Source: Tricharina praecox (Eukaryota). Taken from it: a DNA stretch of 64,000 bases. The notes beneath the pieces were generated by a model that saw only the letters and a list, made by a program, of their open reading frames with translations, did not search any database and was not told where the DNA came from. The DNA is taken from assembly GCF_024521635.1 (NCBI RefSeq), contig NW_026250418.1, positions 124,001-188,000 on the forward strand, given 5' to 3'. This document shows positions 28,401 through 41,103 of the stretch, one piece after another. Each line of letters starts with the position of its first letter. Within the stretch, counting starts at the first letter, position 1. The translations under genes and the position numbers were made by a program.

Positions 28401-29929
28401 CATCCGTGACGAATATTCACGTTACAGGAAAATCATTCTGCCGTCCCCGGCTCGCGCCGAAGAGAGTGCGGATAAACCATTATCCGGTGACCCGTGCGTG
28501 CGTGCGTGCGAGTGATGAGACTCCGTATCTAGCGGCATGTCGTTAGCTAGCTCAATCGGTACATACATGGAGCGTGAGGCGAGCGTGTGCCTTCCATGGG
28601 CGTATATGGGGATCTGGAGGCTGCGCGGGCTGTGGGTTTCGCTTTAATTGGGATTGGGAGTTGTGACGTCGCTTGGGATTTTGGGATTTTGGTCAGGACG
28701 CTGGGGCGGGGATGGGGCTGGGTTGGTCGCGGTGACCTTGCGCTCTCGACTCATGGAGGAATCGGTAGAGACGGCTGCCAGTGAAGTTGCAGCCGGTAGT
28801 TCTATACCTACCTTACCTTAAGTTGTTCGCTTGGGTAGGTCGGTATGTAGCGGGTTGGAAGTCTTCGTCTGTTGGGTGGATAGCTCCTCTTCAGGTGCAT
28901 TTCCATGGTCAGGTGCGGGTTAATGATCGGCTCCTGTTGGGCATGAGTGTGTACTCTTGGTGCGGATACAGCGTGGATTTACGTAGGTATGTCGATGTGA
29001 TATCAACGACAATACTTGATGCCATTTGTGATGTGTCGAACAAAACCACTGGTAGACCTAGTCTTGATGGAATAGAAGAGGGGAGTTTTAGGTTGGCTAT
29101 TGTATGTGGTCAGGTTTAGAAGTTTATTTGGAAAGTTGGGAAAATAGTACCTACCCGGTCGACGGGTCTTTCGGCTTCCTTGACGATCAGCCATCACTTC
29201 CCGCCTCATCGGTCTGACAGGTTCAATAGGGGAAGGCGGAAGAAACATGAATGGGAAGTGGTAGCGCTCAGGTAGGTTAACGGCAAGTGGGCTTGTGAGG
29301 GGTCATTGCAGCTGAGACTGTGGTTGCCGTCAGCAGCCATTCATTCACGGTATCGCACTCGCCTACCACTTACTCTACACACCTACATTATTCTCATCTG
29401 ACCCAACCCGTATTCACCACGGCTGTATGCGACAATAATTGATGTTCTCTCTCTCCCCCACTCAGCCCATAGGTATGTGAGATGATCTATGCATACTTCC
29501 AACCGTTCGTCAATCATTCGGCCAAGCCACAGTTGAGCCACCAGCCACAGAATGAGGGACGTCCCACCACGTGATTCTCGAGGCACATTACCCCATTACC
29601 CCGGAGTTTTGCCTAGCGGGGATACGCTCCAGTTACCTTCCTTCGCAACACCAGAGAACCACTCAGACCCTACTCTAACCTTCTCCCTCTTTGCGTTTGC
29701 GCCGCCTCGTCATTCATCGTCGAAGATCCTATCGCCCACTCCAGTATCGTGACGCGATTGTCCTACCACCTCTCCATTCCCGTGCTCGAGACTTTGCTTT
29801 TTCGCCCAATCCTCCTAGCCTGGCTGCCACCTGCTGCACAACCACCTGCCACCACCAAGACTGAGACCCCGCAGCTTTGCGAATCACACACGACCGCCAT
29901 AGAATTCCTACGTAGTCGATTAGCTAACG

Positions 29930-32746
29930 ATGGTGGGTCGCATCCCATCGAGTCCATTGAATGAATACGAGAGATAGCGGCTGAACCTCAGTCGTACAGT
30001 TCGTCCTACCGCCTCCTCCCTCCAGGTGAGAAGCTCCGCGCGCGCAATCACTCGTACATGTTCTCCCACCTCCTCGATCTAGCCCTGACGATGCTGCCGA
30101 ATAGATATCCGAACGGCGTCCCCTATGGCGGCATCGGCGGCGCCCCGATCCCGATCATAGAGACGAACAATACCATCAAGAACCCCACCGGACCGGAGTA
30201 CCAGTTCTCGGTCGGCGAAGGTCGGTAATGCGTTGCGCTATCGGTGTCGGTGTCGGTGTCGGTGTCTAGTATCGCTCCCGTGCTGACTGCGTGTGTGTTG
30301 TTTCCGCGTGTCTAGGCACCTATGTTCTGAAGGAAGACATCCACCTCGCGACCCCTCCACCGCACCCGTCCGAAGCCCCGATTACGAACCCGAACCCGCT
30401 CAGCACCGCGCCTCTCCCCATCGCTGCCGGAACCAGGGTCTCTCTGGTGCAGATCAAATCCCGCGACACAAAGGTCAATAATATATACCGAAATCCCACG
30501 ATCGCGAACAGCCGCGACACACAGGATGGGGTCGAATCGAGCGTATCAGCGGAAACCGACGAGGAGTCGTCCACGGGTAGGGGCGGGTCGGGTTCGTCTG
30601 TTACCAGGAGCTCGGATATGGCGCACATACCGGAGAAGTTTGGAAACGGCAACGCGTCGCTTTCGGCGGCGACCGGGAAGAACGTAAAGAAGAAGCCCAA
30701 GAACAACATCGCCAAGAGCAACTCGTCGTTCGTCTCTAGGATCATACCGCACGAGCACATGGCAAAGAGGATGCTCGAGAGGAGCTCGGAGGATCTGATG
30801 GCTTTCGCCAACATCAACAGAGCATTCAACTGGCTCGATATGGACTCGGCCATCAAGGTTTTTCACTTCCCCGCTGGGCGCCCGTCACTCTGACCGAGGC
30901 TCATGTGTTTCTTTGCTACAGCAAGAACCCTTATCCAAGATTCTCTTTACGAAAGCTCACCCGATCTGTCACGACGTCAACATGGCGACTCGCAGCGTGA
31001 ATCAGATCGACGTCATCATTGGGTTTTCCACTGGAGATATCATCTGGTTTGATCCCATCTCCAACAAATACGCCCGTATCAACAAAAACGTAACTTCCCC
31101 TCTCCATCGTGTTGGTCTTATACACTTTCTGCACCGCAGGGGGTCAAAAAAATAGATTTGTTGCAGGGAGATAAAGCCATCGATCGAGCTAATTCTCTTC
31201 CGGTCACCAACCTCGTAGGGCACGATAAACTCGCATGCAGTCACCGAAATCAAGTGGTTGCCGGGGTCAGAAAATTTGTTCCTGGCTGCCCACAACGACG
31301 GTAGCTTGGTCGTCTACGATCGAGAGAAAGAAGACGCGCCATTTATGCCCGAGGATGTTTCGGATAGCAATGCATACGCGAACGGGGCATCTCCAGCCAG
31401 CTTTATGGGCTTCTTCGGGGTGAGAAAGTCGGTCAAGTCAACGAACCAGAAGACAAACCCGTTGTGCTACTGGTCGGTAGCCAAGGGGCCCATAACGGCT
31501 TTTGCATTCTCCCCGGACTGTGAGCATCTGGCAGTTGTTTCAGAGGACGAGAGCCTGCGAGTTCTCAACTTCGTCAAAGAAAAGTGGGTCGTCTTCCATC
31601 CCGTAACTAGTGGAACGGAGTTTTTCTTATCGGCACAGGTTGTTGGACGTTTACTGCAGCTACTATGGCGGCCTAATGTGCGTGTGCTGGTCTCCCGACG
31701 GGCGATACATCGTGGCCGGCGGGCAGGACGACCTGGTCTCGATATGGTCATTCGCTGAGCGACGAATCGTTGCACGAGGAGAGGGGCACCACTCGTGGGT
31801 GTCGGGCGTCGCTTTCGATCCCTGGCGCTGTGATGACCGCACGTATCGGTTCGGCAGCGTAGGCAACGACTGCAGGCTGCTGCTGTGGGATTTCAGCGTC
31901 GGGATGTTACACAAACCCAAAGCGGTACGGCCCGCCTGTCGATTTTTTTCCTGCCGCCGAAGAGCGCGCGCGCTGGAGGCGCTAGTTTGCTGACGCTGAC
32001 CGTCTAACCCTCGCAGGCCGTGGCGCAGCACCACCGCGGTAGCATGTCGAGCTCGCCCACGTACGCACCTGCCGGAATGACGGGGCGAGTGCGCGGCGAG
32101 AGCCAGTCGTTGCGGCTGAGATCAAACTCCAACATCGCAGCTTCGGTGCTGGACGAAATCGACAGACCAACAGTGCACGGCGTAGATGCACGCGCCCAAA
32201 CGGCAGTTCTGCCGCCCATCATGGTGCGTCATCCTTCCTTATCTCTGTGTTCTAGAAGCAAAAGGGGAATCCCTTCGCGTAAGGCTAGACTGACTGACGT
32301 CTATTTTCAGTCCAAGGTTATCGATGCGTGCCCGTTGAGCCAGTTAATTTTCCGCGAGGAGGCGATCATAACGACGTGTGTCGATGGTGAGCGCCACCTT
32401 TTCTTGTCCTTTCCTTGCTTGGCGTCTTCTTCTTCCTCCCCCTCTTGTTGTTTCCGTGTGGGTCTGCAAAATTGCTTTGCTTGTGGCGACCTACCGTATA
32501 TCCCACGTGTGTGTGGACCAGGGCCAAGGCTAGCACGCGATATTGAGTCATCATGACCTTTTCTTTCTCCGACGACATCTCTTTTTTTTTTTTTTTTTTT
32601 TTGCCTGTTGAGATTTTCGCGGGCCGAGACTGACAGGGATGCGCCGATCAACAGGACATTTGAAAACCTGGAACCGACCGCCGCAGGTACTTGACAAGGA
32701 TCGGACGGGCAGCGATGTTACGCTCTCGGCTGAGGGGGGGAGTTGA
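29930..32746 (+). CDS. creC: WD40 catabolite-repression protein CreC; exons 29930-29932, 30000-30025, 30105-30220, 30316-30857, 30922-31089, 31219-31583, 31639-31924, 32017-32223, 32311-32386, 32655-32746; ~626 aa
   Basis: [12 protein letters not shown]...[43 protein letters not shown] is the CreC N-terminus. WD40 repeats include [30 protein letters not shown] and [14 protein letters not shown]...[17 protein letters not shown]; ends GHLKTWNRP. Confidence 0.93.
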
Positions 32747-33047
32747 TGGATATCATGTGGTGCCGCACCGTGGCATAGGTGGATTGTTTAGTTTGTCCGA
32801 CGGTGGGTTGTTTAGTTTGTTTGTTTGGATGGATGGGCTCGGACTGGGCGGTTTGAAGAAAACATTGGGCTGGCTGTCTATTGCTTTTACTCTGCTTTTA
32901 CTCTGCTTTTTCGTCTGTGTTGGCGATGTTGTTGTGGATTTGTTTGATGCGTTTGATGCGTTTGATGTGAAAGCACTATTTGTCACTCCGATAGGTACCG
33001 GTACCGCTTCGGAGTCCGGAGCGGAGTGGAGTGCGTTGCTGTTTCTG

Positions 33048-33090
<43 letters not shown>

Positions 33091-33236
33091 CTCGGGGTTG
33101 GAGGCGATGCCCGTGTGCTAAGTGCTAAGGGGCCGGCCGGCCACGATGAAGCGATGAAGCGAGGAGAGAGGGGTTTTCTTCCCTTCTCTTTTTTTTTTCT
33201 TTTCCTTTTTTTTCTTCTTCTTTCTTTCCATACTTC

Positions 33237-33237
<1 letters not shown>

Positions 33238-33288
<51 letters not shown>
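33238..33288. repeat. (GTA)17 microsatellite downstream of creC
   Basis: Read directly. Confidence 0.95.
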
Positions 33289-35858
33289 ATAGTAGTAGCA
33301 GCAGCTCTCGAGCCTCTCGTTTCAGCCAGGGCTTCCTTCCATCAGATGTATGAAGAATCCGCTCATCGCCGGCCAGAGGCCGCAAGAAAAGAAAAGCTCT
33401 CATACATTCACGCCCAGCCATCCCTATATAATTTTTTTCCGTTTCGCTTGCCCTGCGCTGGGATGGGTTGGGCTCGGCAGGCTGGGCCGATGAGGTGAGG
33501 CAAATTCTAGAAGCTGGAAGCCTTACTTCAACGGTCGGATAAACTTTTTTCCTTAGCGCTGGCGCGTGCGGTGTGGGACTGTGGGAGTGGACCCTTGCGT
33601 GCGTTCTGCTTCTTCAGCTGGAACAGCACGTTGGCTGTCTGTCTCGGTGTCGACGGAGACACCCACATCGCTGCTGAAAAGACGGGACTACATACACGCT
33701 GGACATGTATGTAAGGTAAGAGTATGTACTTGGGTACTCAGGTATGTAGAGTACCTAGGTTGTGAGTACTGTAGTGAGCATCTAGACACTGAGGAATTTA
33801 GCCGGAGCGGCGAGACGAAGCGGGGGGACACTGGACACTGGAAACTGGATGGCGGCCTGACAGGTGCCCAACTTCCCAAGTACTCTACATGCATGCCTCA
33901 GCACTTACTCCTTACCTGCATCGTATGTACTGTCGTAGTATGAATGTACGGGTTGGCCGAGGGAGACAGTGGCAGAGGCAGTGGGCACGGCAGTACCTAC
34001 TCCACGGTTGAGTGCTCGAGTACGTAGAGTACCCTCGCAGCTGTCTTCATTCATGTACCCTGGGTACTCTACCGTCCTCTACTATATCTACCATCTACCG
34101 TCCTCTACTCTATCATACATATACACACTCTATTCCATCCTCCGGTGTCATGCCAGAGAACCAGAGATGTCATGCCAGATATGATTGCCATGGTGCGACG
34201 GCGATGGTGGTCTGCTATTCTACCTCCCCAAAGCACTTTGTCGGGCGAGCGTCGAAGCGCGCAGCGGCGAGCTCACTGCCGGAGTCGGATGGTACTCACC
34301 CCACCACCGAGACGAGGAGGAGGGCCTGGAGGAGGAGTGGAGGAGGGGTACCGTAGGTATGAGTAGGTGGGTGTAGGTAGGAGATGCCGATTACGGACGC
34401 ACTCGCACACACGTGTGTTTTGCCGGTAGGTCCCGGTTGTACCGTCCGACGTGGGGGGGACTGCGTGCGAGGTGGGGGACTGCGTGCGAGGTGGGGGACT
34501 GCGTGCAACTTCCAGGGTGGGAGAGCTGGGTGAGGGGCTGCAGACTGTAGAGAGGGAGGTATGTAGGGAGTGTGGTCAGCGCACGGGCATGAAACGGCTC
34601 GTAGATGGGCGTGCAGGCGGGAGCGAAGGGAGAGTGGCTTTGGAGGCGTCGCTGCGGACCTGTGGTAGATACATGGAGTGTGTACTGGGGCTCAGGCTCA
34701 GGCTGCCTGCGACGTGCGTGGCTCCGCACGGAAGCAGGAGGGAGGATGCGGTCGAGTATGTGCCAAGTACACACTGTACACACTGCCGCCGGGGAAGGCG
34801 AGGGGATCTGGCGACGATTGCAGGAACTGAATGCGACTGGCCTTGGCTCTCCCCTCGCATCGTGGCTGGCCGGATTCCGTGCTCGCGACTCACGATACCA
34901 GTGTCCCGAGCCCCACGTTCCAACATCGTCCACGAGCTTGGACGAGCACGATATCGCTATCTGCAGGCTACACACCACAAGTTGCACGGTCGTGTTTCCA
35001 AAACCGGCTTATCCGTCCCATGTGAACTTGTGAAGCACGACATGGCTACCGAGAGTCGAGACGCAGACACCAACAACGCCCCTGGCAAGCACGGGCTGGG
35101 CCGAGGAGAGCGACCGACCACTGGCCATCGGCGTCCCCTTCTCGTGTCGTCGTGAGTCGTGTCCTATCGGCAGAGCTCCCGCTATCTTTTCTGCCTTCGA
35201 GAGCCGGCCTTGCTCTACTGAGATGTATCTACCTGGTTGGTCCGGTGCTCTCTGTCTCTCTGCCTCTCGCCTAGGATCTGCCACCAGCAGCACCGCCAGG
35301 GCAGAGGCAGGCAGGCGGGCAGGGCAGGCAAGGCTCGTTTTTCTTTCTAGAACTCCGAGCGAATTCCCGCCCATACATATCCGTACATAATTCCTCAGGA
35401 GTGGCTGCCTTCAAACTGCGAGTACTTCACCACCGCGCTCTCTCGCTCTTTTGCTCTTCTACCCTCCCCTTTCTCCTCCGCCAGAACCTTCTTCTCTCGT
35501 CCAGACAGATATATATCCTGCGAAAACACCCTCGAACGGCGACTTTGCTGCATCCCTCCGCCCCACGCCCCCTCCCAACCCAACCCCCCCACGCCACACC
35601 TCAGGAACCTACACAGCAGCTACCAGTTAGCACCACCCCACCGAAATCTTCCGATTGCGTCACACAAGCACTGCCAACGAACCGACGACACCGAGTACAC
35701 AGGCGTACATACACATAGGACTGATCGCGACGCCGCAATACATCCATAGCCCGCGCTCGACATTTTGGGAGTCACCACCCACAACCAGCACGGAATCAGC
35801 GAAACAAACCCCCCCCCCCCAAAAAAAAAAAAAAAAAAACCATAACCAGCACAAAACG

Positions 35859-37806
35859 ATGCCGTTCATACAGCGCGGCCCGACACACGACATACCGTTC
35901 ATCGAGATTCGGTATGCATGCGCGCGCGCGCGCGGAGAAAAGAAGTGGTTGCTTGGATGGAGGCTGACGGAATCGCAGGTTGGACGAAGACGTGGTGGTG
36001 TTCCGCGGTCTTGCCGAGGAGAGTAATGGCGCCATGCTCAAGGGACTCGTCGCCCTGTGCATTCGCGACTCGGTTGCGATCCGAGGGATATCGCTGGTGC
36101 TGCAGGGTGTGAGGAGGTTACAGTGAGTATTTCTGATTGCGGTGGTGGTGGTGCTGGTGATGGTGCTGGTGGTGCTGGTCGCTGCGCGGGGAACAGGGCT
36201 AACACGGTTTTTGGTAGTTGGAGTGAGAGGCAACCGCCGCCCGTCGCTGGCCTCATGTCGAATCCGTCGCGGACGATAAAACACGAGGAGGTCTTTTACG
36301 AGAAGAAGTGGAACTTCCTGGAGAGCAACGGACACACGAACTTCACCGTCATGCCCGGCAACTACGAGTATCCGTTTCAGCTGCCTCTTGCGGGCGAGCT
36401 GCCCGAGAGTGTCGAGGGACTGGGGAGCACGCATGTCGTCTACAGACTCAAGGCGAGGATCTCGAGGGGAAAGTTTAGTCACGATATCACGGCGAAGAAG
36501 GTATGTTTCTCTCTCGGGGACGAGCGCGAGCGTGTGGGCGCCGAGGCTGACCAGCGCGCAGCATCTGAGGATCATTCGCACCCTCGGACCGAACTCGCTG
36601 GAGCTCACCCAGACCATGTCGGTCGAGAACCTGTGGCCGGAGAAGGTCCAGTACTCGATCAGCATACCCAGCAAAGCCGTCGTCTTTGGCACGTGCATAC
36701 CGGTCGATATCGTGCTGGTGCCGCTGCTGAAGGGACTCACCATCGGCAAGGTGGTCTGCGCGCTCAAGGAAATCCACACTCTCACATGTGCGCCGAAAAC
36801 GAGTCAGAAGGTCGACACGCGCCACATCGTCACCCAAACCTTCGACTCGGGAGCGATGGAGGAGGACAGCGAGGAGGAGCTCGGCAAGTGGGTCATGCAC
36901 GACCGCATAGTGCTGCCAAAGAGCCTGAACGCCTGCGTGCAGGATTGCGAGGTGCCGTCGATCAAGATTAGACACAAGTGAGTATCCTAGTTCCGCGGAT
37001 CGGGAGGACCGGACTGACATGTGAGTAGGCTCAAGTTCACAATACAGCTGCACAACCCCGACGGGCACATGTCAGAGCTGCGCGCCTCGCTGCCGGTCAT
37101 GCTGTTCATCTCGCCCAATTACCTCATGGACGACACGAACCGGATTCCGTCGGATGCGCCGGAGACGAGCACGGACACGCTGGCCAACGCCCCCCCTCGC
37201 TACGACGAACACTACCTCGACCGCCTGTATGAGAACGTGCGGCACGATTCCTTCGACACGCCGCTCCCATCCGGCGCCAACACACCCATGCCGCTCTCGC
37301 GCAACCCGTCCTCCGACAACCTCGGCTCCCTGGTCGGCGGACACGTGGAGCCGATCCGGCTCCCGGACGCCTCCTCGCGCCGGTGGACAGTAGGCAGCAG
37401 CGCCAGCGATCGCGGCCCCCCCTCAGACGCGGACACCTCCACGCCGCAGTCCCGCACGCCCACGCCGCCCCTCCTCGCCCCCCCGGCGATGGAGGACCTC
37501 TCCCGCGTCCCCAGCTACACCACCGCCGTGCGCACGGGAACCAGGAACCTCTGCACCGAGTCCACCCTGCCGCTCTATGACCAGTGCGATGCCACCCCCC
37601 ACGCTATGAGCGTTCGCAGCGCTCCCGCTAGCCCGCAGAACTCCCCGCCGGGGATGGGTCACATGTTCTCGTCCCGCCCGAGAATGATGGCGAGGAATAC
37701 TACTGGCGATTTGAGCAGTACCAGCGCCGGTGGCATCCAGAGACGCAGCCATAGTAGTCATCATCTACATAGTCTGGGGAATCTGCTCGAGGGGCTGAGG
37801 GGGTAG
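35859..37806 (+). CDS. creD: Alpha-arrestin ubiquitin-ligase adaptor (CreD/Rod1/Rog3 family); exons 35859-35911, 35979-36122, 36218-36500, 36562-36977, 37029-37806; ~557 aa
   Basis: Arrestin motifs PGNYEYPFQLPLAGELPESVEGL, HLRIIRTL, SVENLWPEKVQYSISIPSKAVVFG and IRHKLKFTIQLHNPDGHMSELRASLPV; PY motifs PPRY, VPSY, LPLY; adjacent to creC. Confidence 0.88.
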
Positions 37807-37826
37807 GCGTTTTATTTCATTTCTTT

Positions 37827-37924
37827 GTTTCTTGATTATTTTCGTTTCTTGATTATTTTCGTTTCTTGATTATTTTCGTTTCTTGATTATTTTCGTTTCT
37901 TGATTATTTTCGTTTCTTGATTAT
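37827..37924 (+). repeat. 17-bp tandem repeat GTTTCTTGATTATTTTC x5.8 in creD 3' UTR
   Basis: Perfect copies starting 37827, 37844, 37861, 37878, 37895 and a partial copy at 37912. Confidence 0.95.
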
Positions 37925-39523
37925 GGCGTACCGGCGGGGCGCGAGGGGGTGTTTTTTTTGATTGATTGTTTTTTCTTGGATTGTTTGATAGAATTATGTT
38001 TATATACGGATGGGGGCAGCGACGGCGATGAGGCGGGCGATGAGTTTGAATCTCTACTTACATACTCGTTTTCTTTTGTTATTGTCAATAGATGGATCGG
38101 TGTTTTTTGCTTCCTTTGGATGGGGTTGCGGATGATGATGATGGGGATGGGTTTTGGGATAGCTGGTGGGGTTTGGATACCGGACCGGGTGTGGGAATGA
38201 TGGGGATAGATATGGCTGTTGTGGCCTGTGGACTGTGGACTGTGGACTGTGGACTGTGGACTGTGGACGGTGGGAACGCGGAACTGGAACTGGGAACTGG
38301 GAATGTTAATACAGTGGATATTCCGGTCCTCATGATCTGTTCGTCATGATCTGATGTGATGTGCGGGATGTGATGTAGCACTCAACGTATGTACAGACAC
38401 GACAGAGGCTCCCTCGATATCGATATCGACATCTGGCTCAGTTTATCTGGCCCAGTCAGTTACGTGCATTCACGGCCCTCACCGGTGTAGACAGAGATAG
38501 ACACCAGACAGATCCCAGGCCTCGCGAGATCTGACAGCTGTCAAACAAAGCCTACCTACATACCCAAAAGTACGAACGGCTCGGGCCGCCGTAAGACGTA
38601 TGCTGTAGGCGGTAATCTGTAAGTTGTGTTTCACAGAGATGGGAGGCAGATTGGCAGATTGAATAGAGATGGGTAGATTGGGGAGTGGGGGCAGTGGGAG
38701 TGGGAGTGGGAGTGGGAGTGGGAGGGAGTAGATTGTGAATGAGAGTAGTTCGATGTGGCGTGATGAGGCGTGGTGCGTGGTTTTTCGGCGTGGTTTACTC
38801 GGCGGCGTGGGTGGAGGGGGAGGGGATATCTGCCGGCGCGGCGGCGGGGCCATATAACTAGTGCGGGCTGCGGGGGCGTCGCAGAGCGCTACAGTGCTAC
38901 AGTGATATACCCAAGAGCTGCGAATGGGGTGCGGATAGGATAGGATGGGCTATCTGGGGGAAGAGGGGTGATATGGCGTCATGTACTAGCACTCGGTTGG
39001 AGCTTTCGTCGGGCGGCATGGCGCAGGACGGAGCTTTCGTTGGGCGGGACTGGGTGGCGCGGGACAGGGTGGAGCGGGGCGGGACGAGGTGGGGCGGATC
39101 GGGATGAAGTGTGGTCTGTTGTTTTATTCCAGTCCTCCCCCCTCCCCCATGATCTGCTTTGTGGCAAGATGGCACGAATACACCTCGAGGCTGGACTGTG
39201 CTTATGACTGGATACCGTCATTGCACTACCTATAGCTTAAGTAAGTAGCAATAACTACTACCTAGTAACTACTAGTAATCCTCCGTCGCATACCCTCTCA
39301 CTTACTTCAATTCAACTCGCCTCAAGGAGTGCACGATCCGTCCCGCCTGCCCGCCCACCCAACCATTACCAGCCACGACGTACCTACTACTTACCTATGC
39401 GAACTTCCAAGATGCAAACCAAACAGGAGAAAAGGGAAGCATGGCGCACGCGCGCACCCAACCACAACCTATGTGCCCAGCAACACTCAGCCACTCACTA
39501 CGGTACGCTAGGTACCTGGATGT

Positions 39524-39577
39524 TCAGGGTGCTCAGGGTGCTCAGGGTGCTCAGGGTGCTCAGGGTGCTCAGGGTGC
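39524..39577 (+). repeat. 9-bp tandem repeat (TCAGGGTGC)6
   Basis: Read directly. Confidence 0.95.
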
Positions 39578-39963
39578 GCGAATGGGAGTGTGAAAAAGAA
39601 ATCTCTGCGACTCGGATTTCCCGCGAAGTGAAGAATGATGATGCTGGAGGCGGGAGGCGAGAATGCATGGCGGCGACGCGAGTGCAAAACCATTGAGCTC
39701 AACGCCAGGACCAAAGAACAATTGGTCCGTCAGGGTCACATTGTCCTGTACTAGTAACTACCCTTCGCTGTGAATGGCAACTAGAGTGTAAATGTTTTAT
39801 GAAGTATTCACGATGAAGATTCATTGCAGCTCGCATTGACCAAACAAATCCACTCCCCTCCCCACAACTCCAAGGAATCAAAAACAAAGCAAAAACACCC
39901 GTTTACGGTAGGTCGCATTCACGGAACACACCCACCCAAGCAAAGCGCGGTAAACGAGCATCA

Positions 39964-41103
39964 CTACCACTCATCGGCGCCCCACCCGCCGCCCATGGCC
40001 TCAGTGATCTCACCGATGCCCCTAAGGAACCCAAAAACCCCGCTCTGCCTCCGTCTCGACTCCATCCTCTCGCTCTGCGCGAGCTCGTGGCACTCGATCC
40101 ACCTCAGATGCGGCACTGAGAGCGGCTCCCCCTGCTGCCGCTTCTGCCGCACGAGGCGGGTCAGCACCCAGCCCCAGCGATCGACCCACTCTCTCTCCGC
40201 GCCCGGCTCGACATGATATATAGCATCGACGACGTCCCATCGCTTCGTGAGCAGCCACAGCACAGGCCAGGTGATCAGCCACAGGAACGAGAGGTAAAGG
40301 ATCCATCGCGCCCAGCCATATCGTATGCGACAGACGACATTCCCGGGGGCCAGCACGACGCTGCGGTTCTCGATGGGGAAGGAGACACGTATATTCCCGC
40401 GGTAGTTTGTACTGCGGACCATGGCCTCGACATGGAAGCGGAGCACCTCCTCATCAAACCCGCACAGCCTCTTCCGCAGCGTAAACTCCTTGAGCGCCGC
40501 CGGGCAGCGGATATACTCCTCGCAGCGATCACGCACGTCCATCGCAGCCTCGACCTCCGCCTGGGTAGCGACCGCACGATTCCTCCCGCCGCGCCTCCGG
40601 CGCTCTCCGGGGCCGACAGCGACTAGCTCGCCGCCCGCGGCGGCCACAAAACTCGCCAGGTCGAACGTGATGTCGAAGTCTGTAGCGGTACTAGTGGTAG
40701 TGCGGTCCTTGCCGTTCTCGCGGACCGTGGAGCGCACGGAGTGGGAGCCGGCGACGCGCAGACGCGGCTGCGGTGGCTGCGTCGCCTGCAATACTAGGAA
40801 CTGGTAGAGCGCCTCGACGTCGCGGTTGAGGTGCGCGTCGTGCGAGATCACCTTGCCGTTGCTCAGGACGTGCTGCCGTGCTACGTACGGCGTGAACACG
40901 GGCGGCTCCTCGCCCATGTCGCTGTATGCTGGTGGCTCCTCGTCGCCGTCGACGTCCGGGGCTGCATCGTAGCTGGAGAGGAGCGGCGCTGACGACGACG
41001 AGGAGGTGGTGGCGTCGTGCGTGACGTGGTAGTCGTCGTCGTGCTGCTGCTTGGGCCCGAGAGAGTCGAGGCGTTTGGAGTCGGAGGGGGGTGGGACTCC
41101 CAT
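39964..41103 (-). CDS. Fungal hypothetical membrane protein with N-terminal PPxY motif, 379 aa, intronless
   Basis: ATG in GCCATGG context, coding-like composition, EEPPAY at aa 55-60, hydrophobic segment WILYLSFLWLITWPVLWLL. Confidence 0.8.
   Translation of the reverse strand: MGVPPPSDSKRLDSLGPKQQHDDDYHVTHDATTSSSSSAPLLSSYDAAPDVDGDEEPPAYSDMGEEPPVFTPYVARQHVLSNGKVISHDAHLNRDVEALYQFLVLQATQPPQPRLRVAGSHSVRSTVRENGKDRTTTSTATDFDITFDLASFVAAAGGELVAVGPGERRRRGGRNRAVATQAEVEAAMDVRDRCEEYIRCPAALKEFTLRKRLCGFDEEVLRFHVEAMVRSTNYRGNIRVSFPIENRSVVLAPGNVVCRIRYGWARWILYLSFLWLITWPVLWLLTKRWDVVDAIYHVEPGAEREWVDRWGWVLTRLVRQKRQQGEPLSVPHLRWIECHELAQSERMESRRRQSGVFGFLRGIGEITEAMGGGWGADEW

Noticed and set aside
37827..37924. CRISPR-like appearance of tandem repeats (also ~34450, 39524, 46277)
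   Set aside because: Head-to-tail repeats without spacers, eukaryotic context, no cas genes
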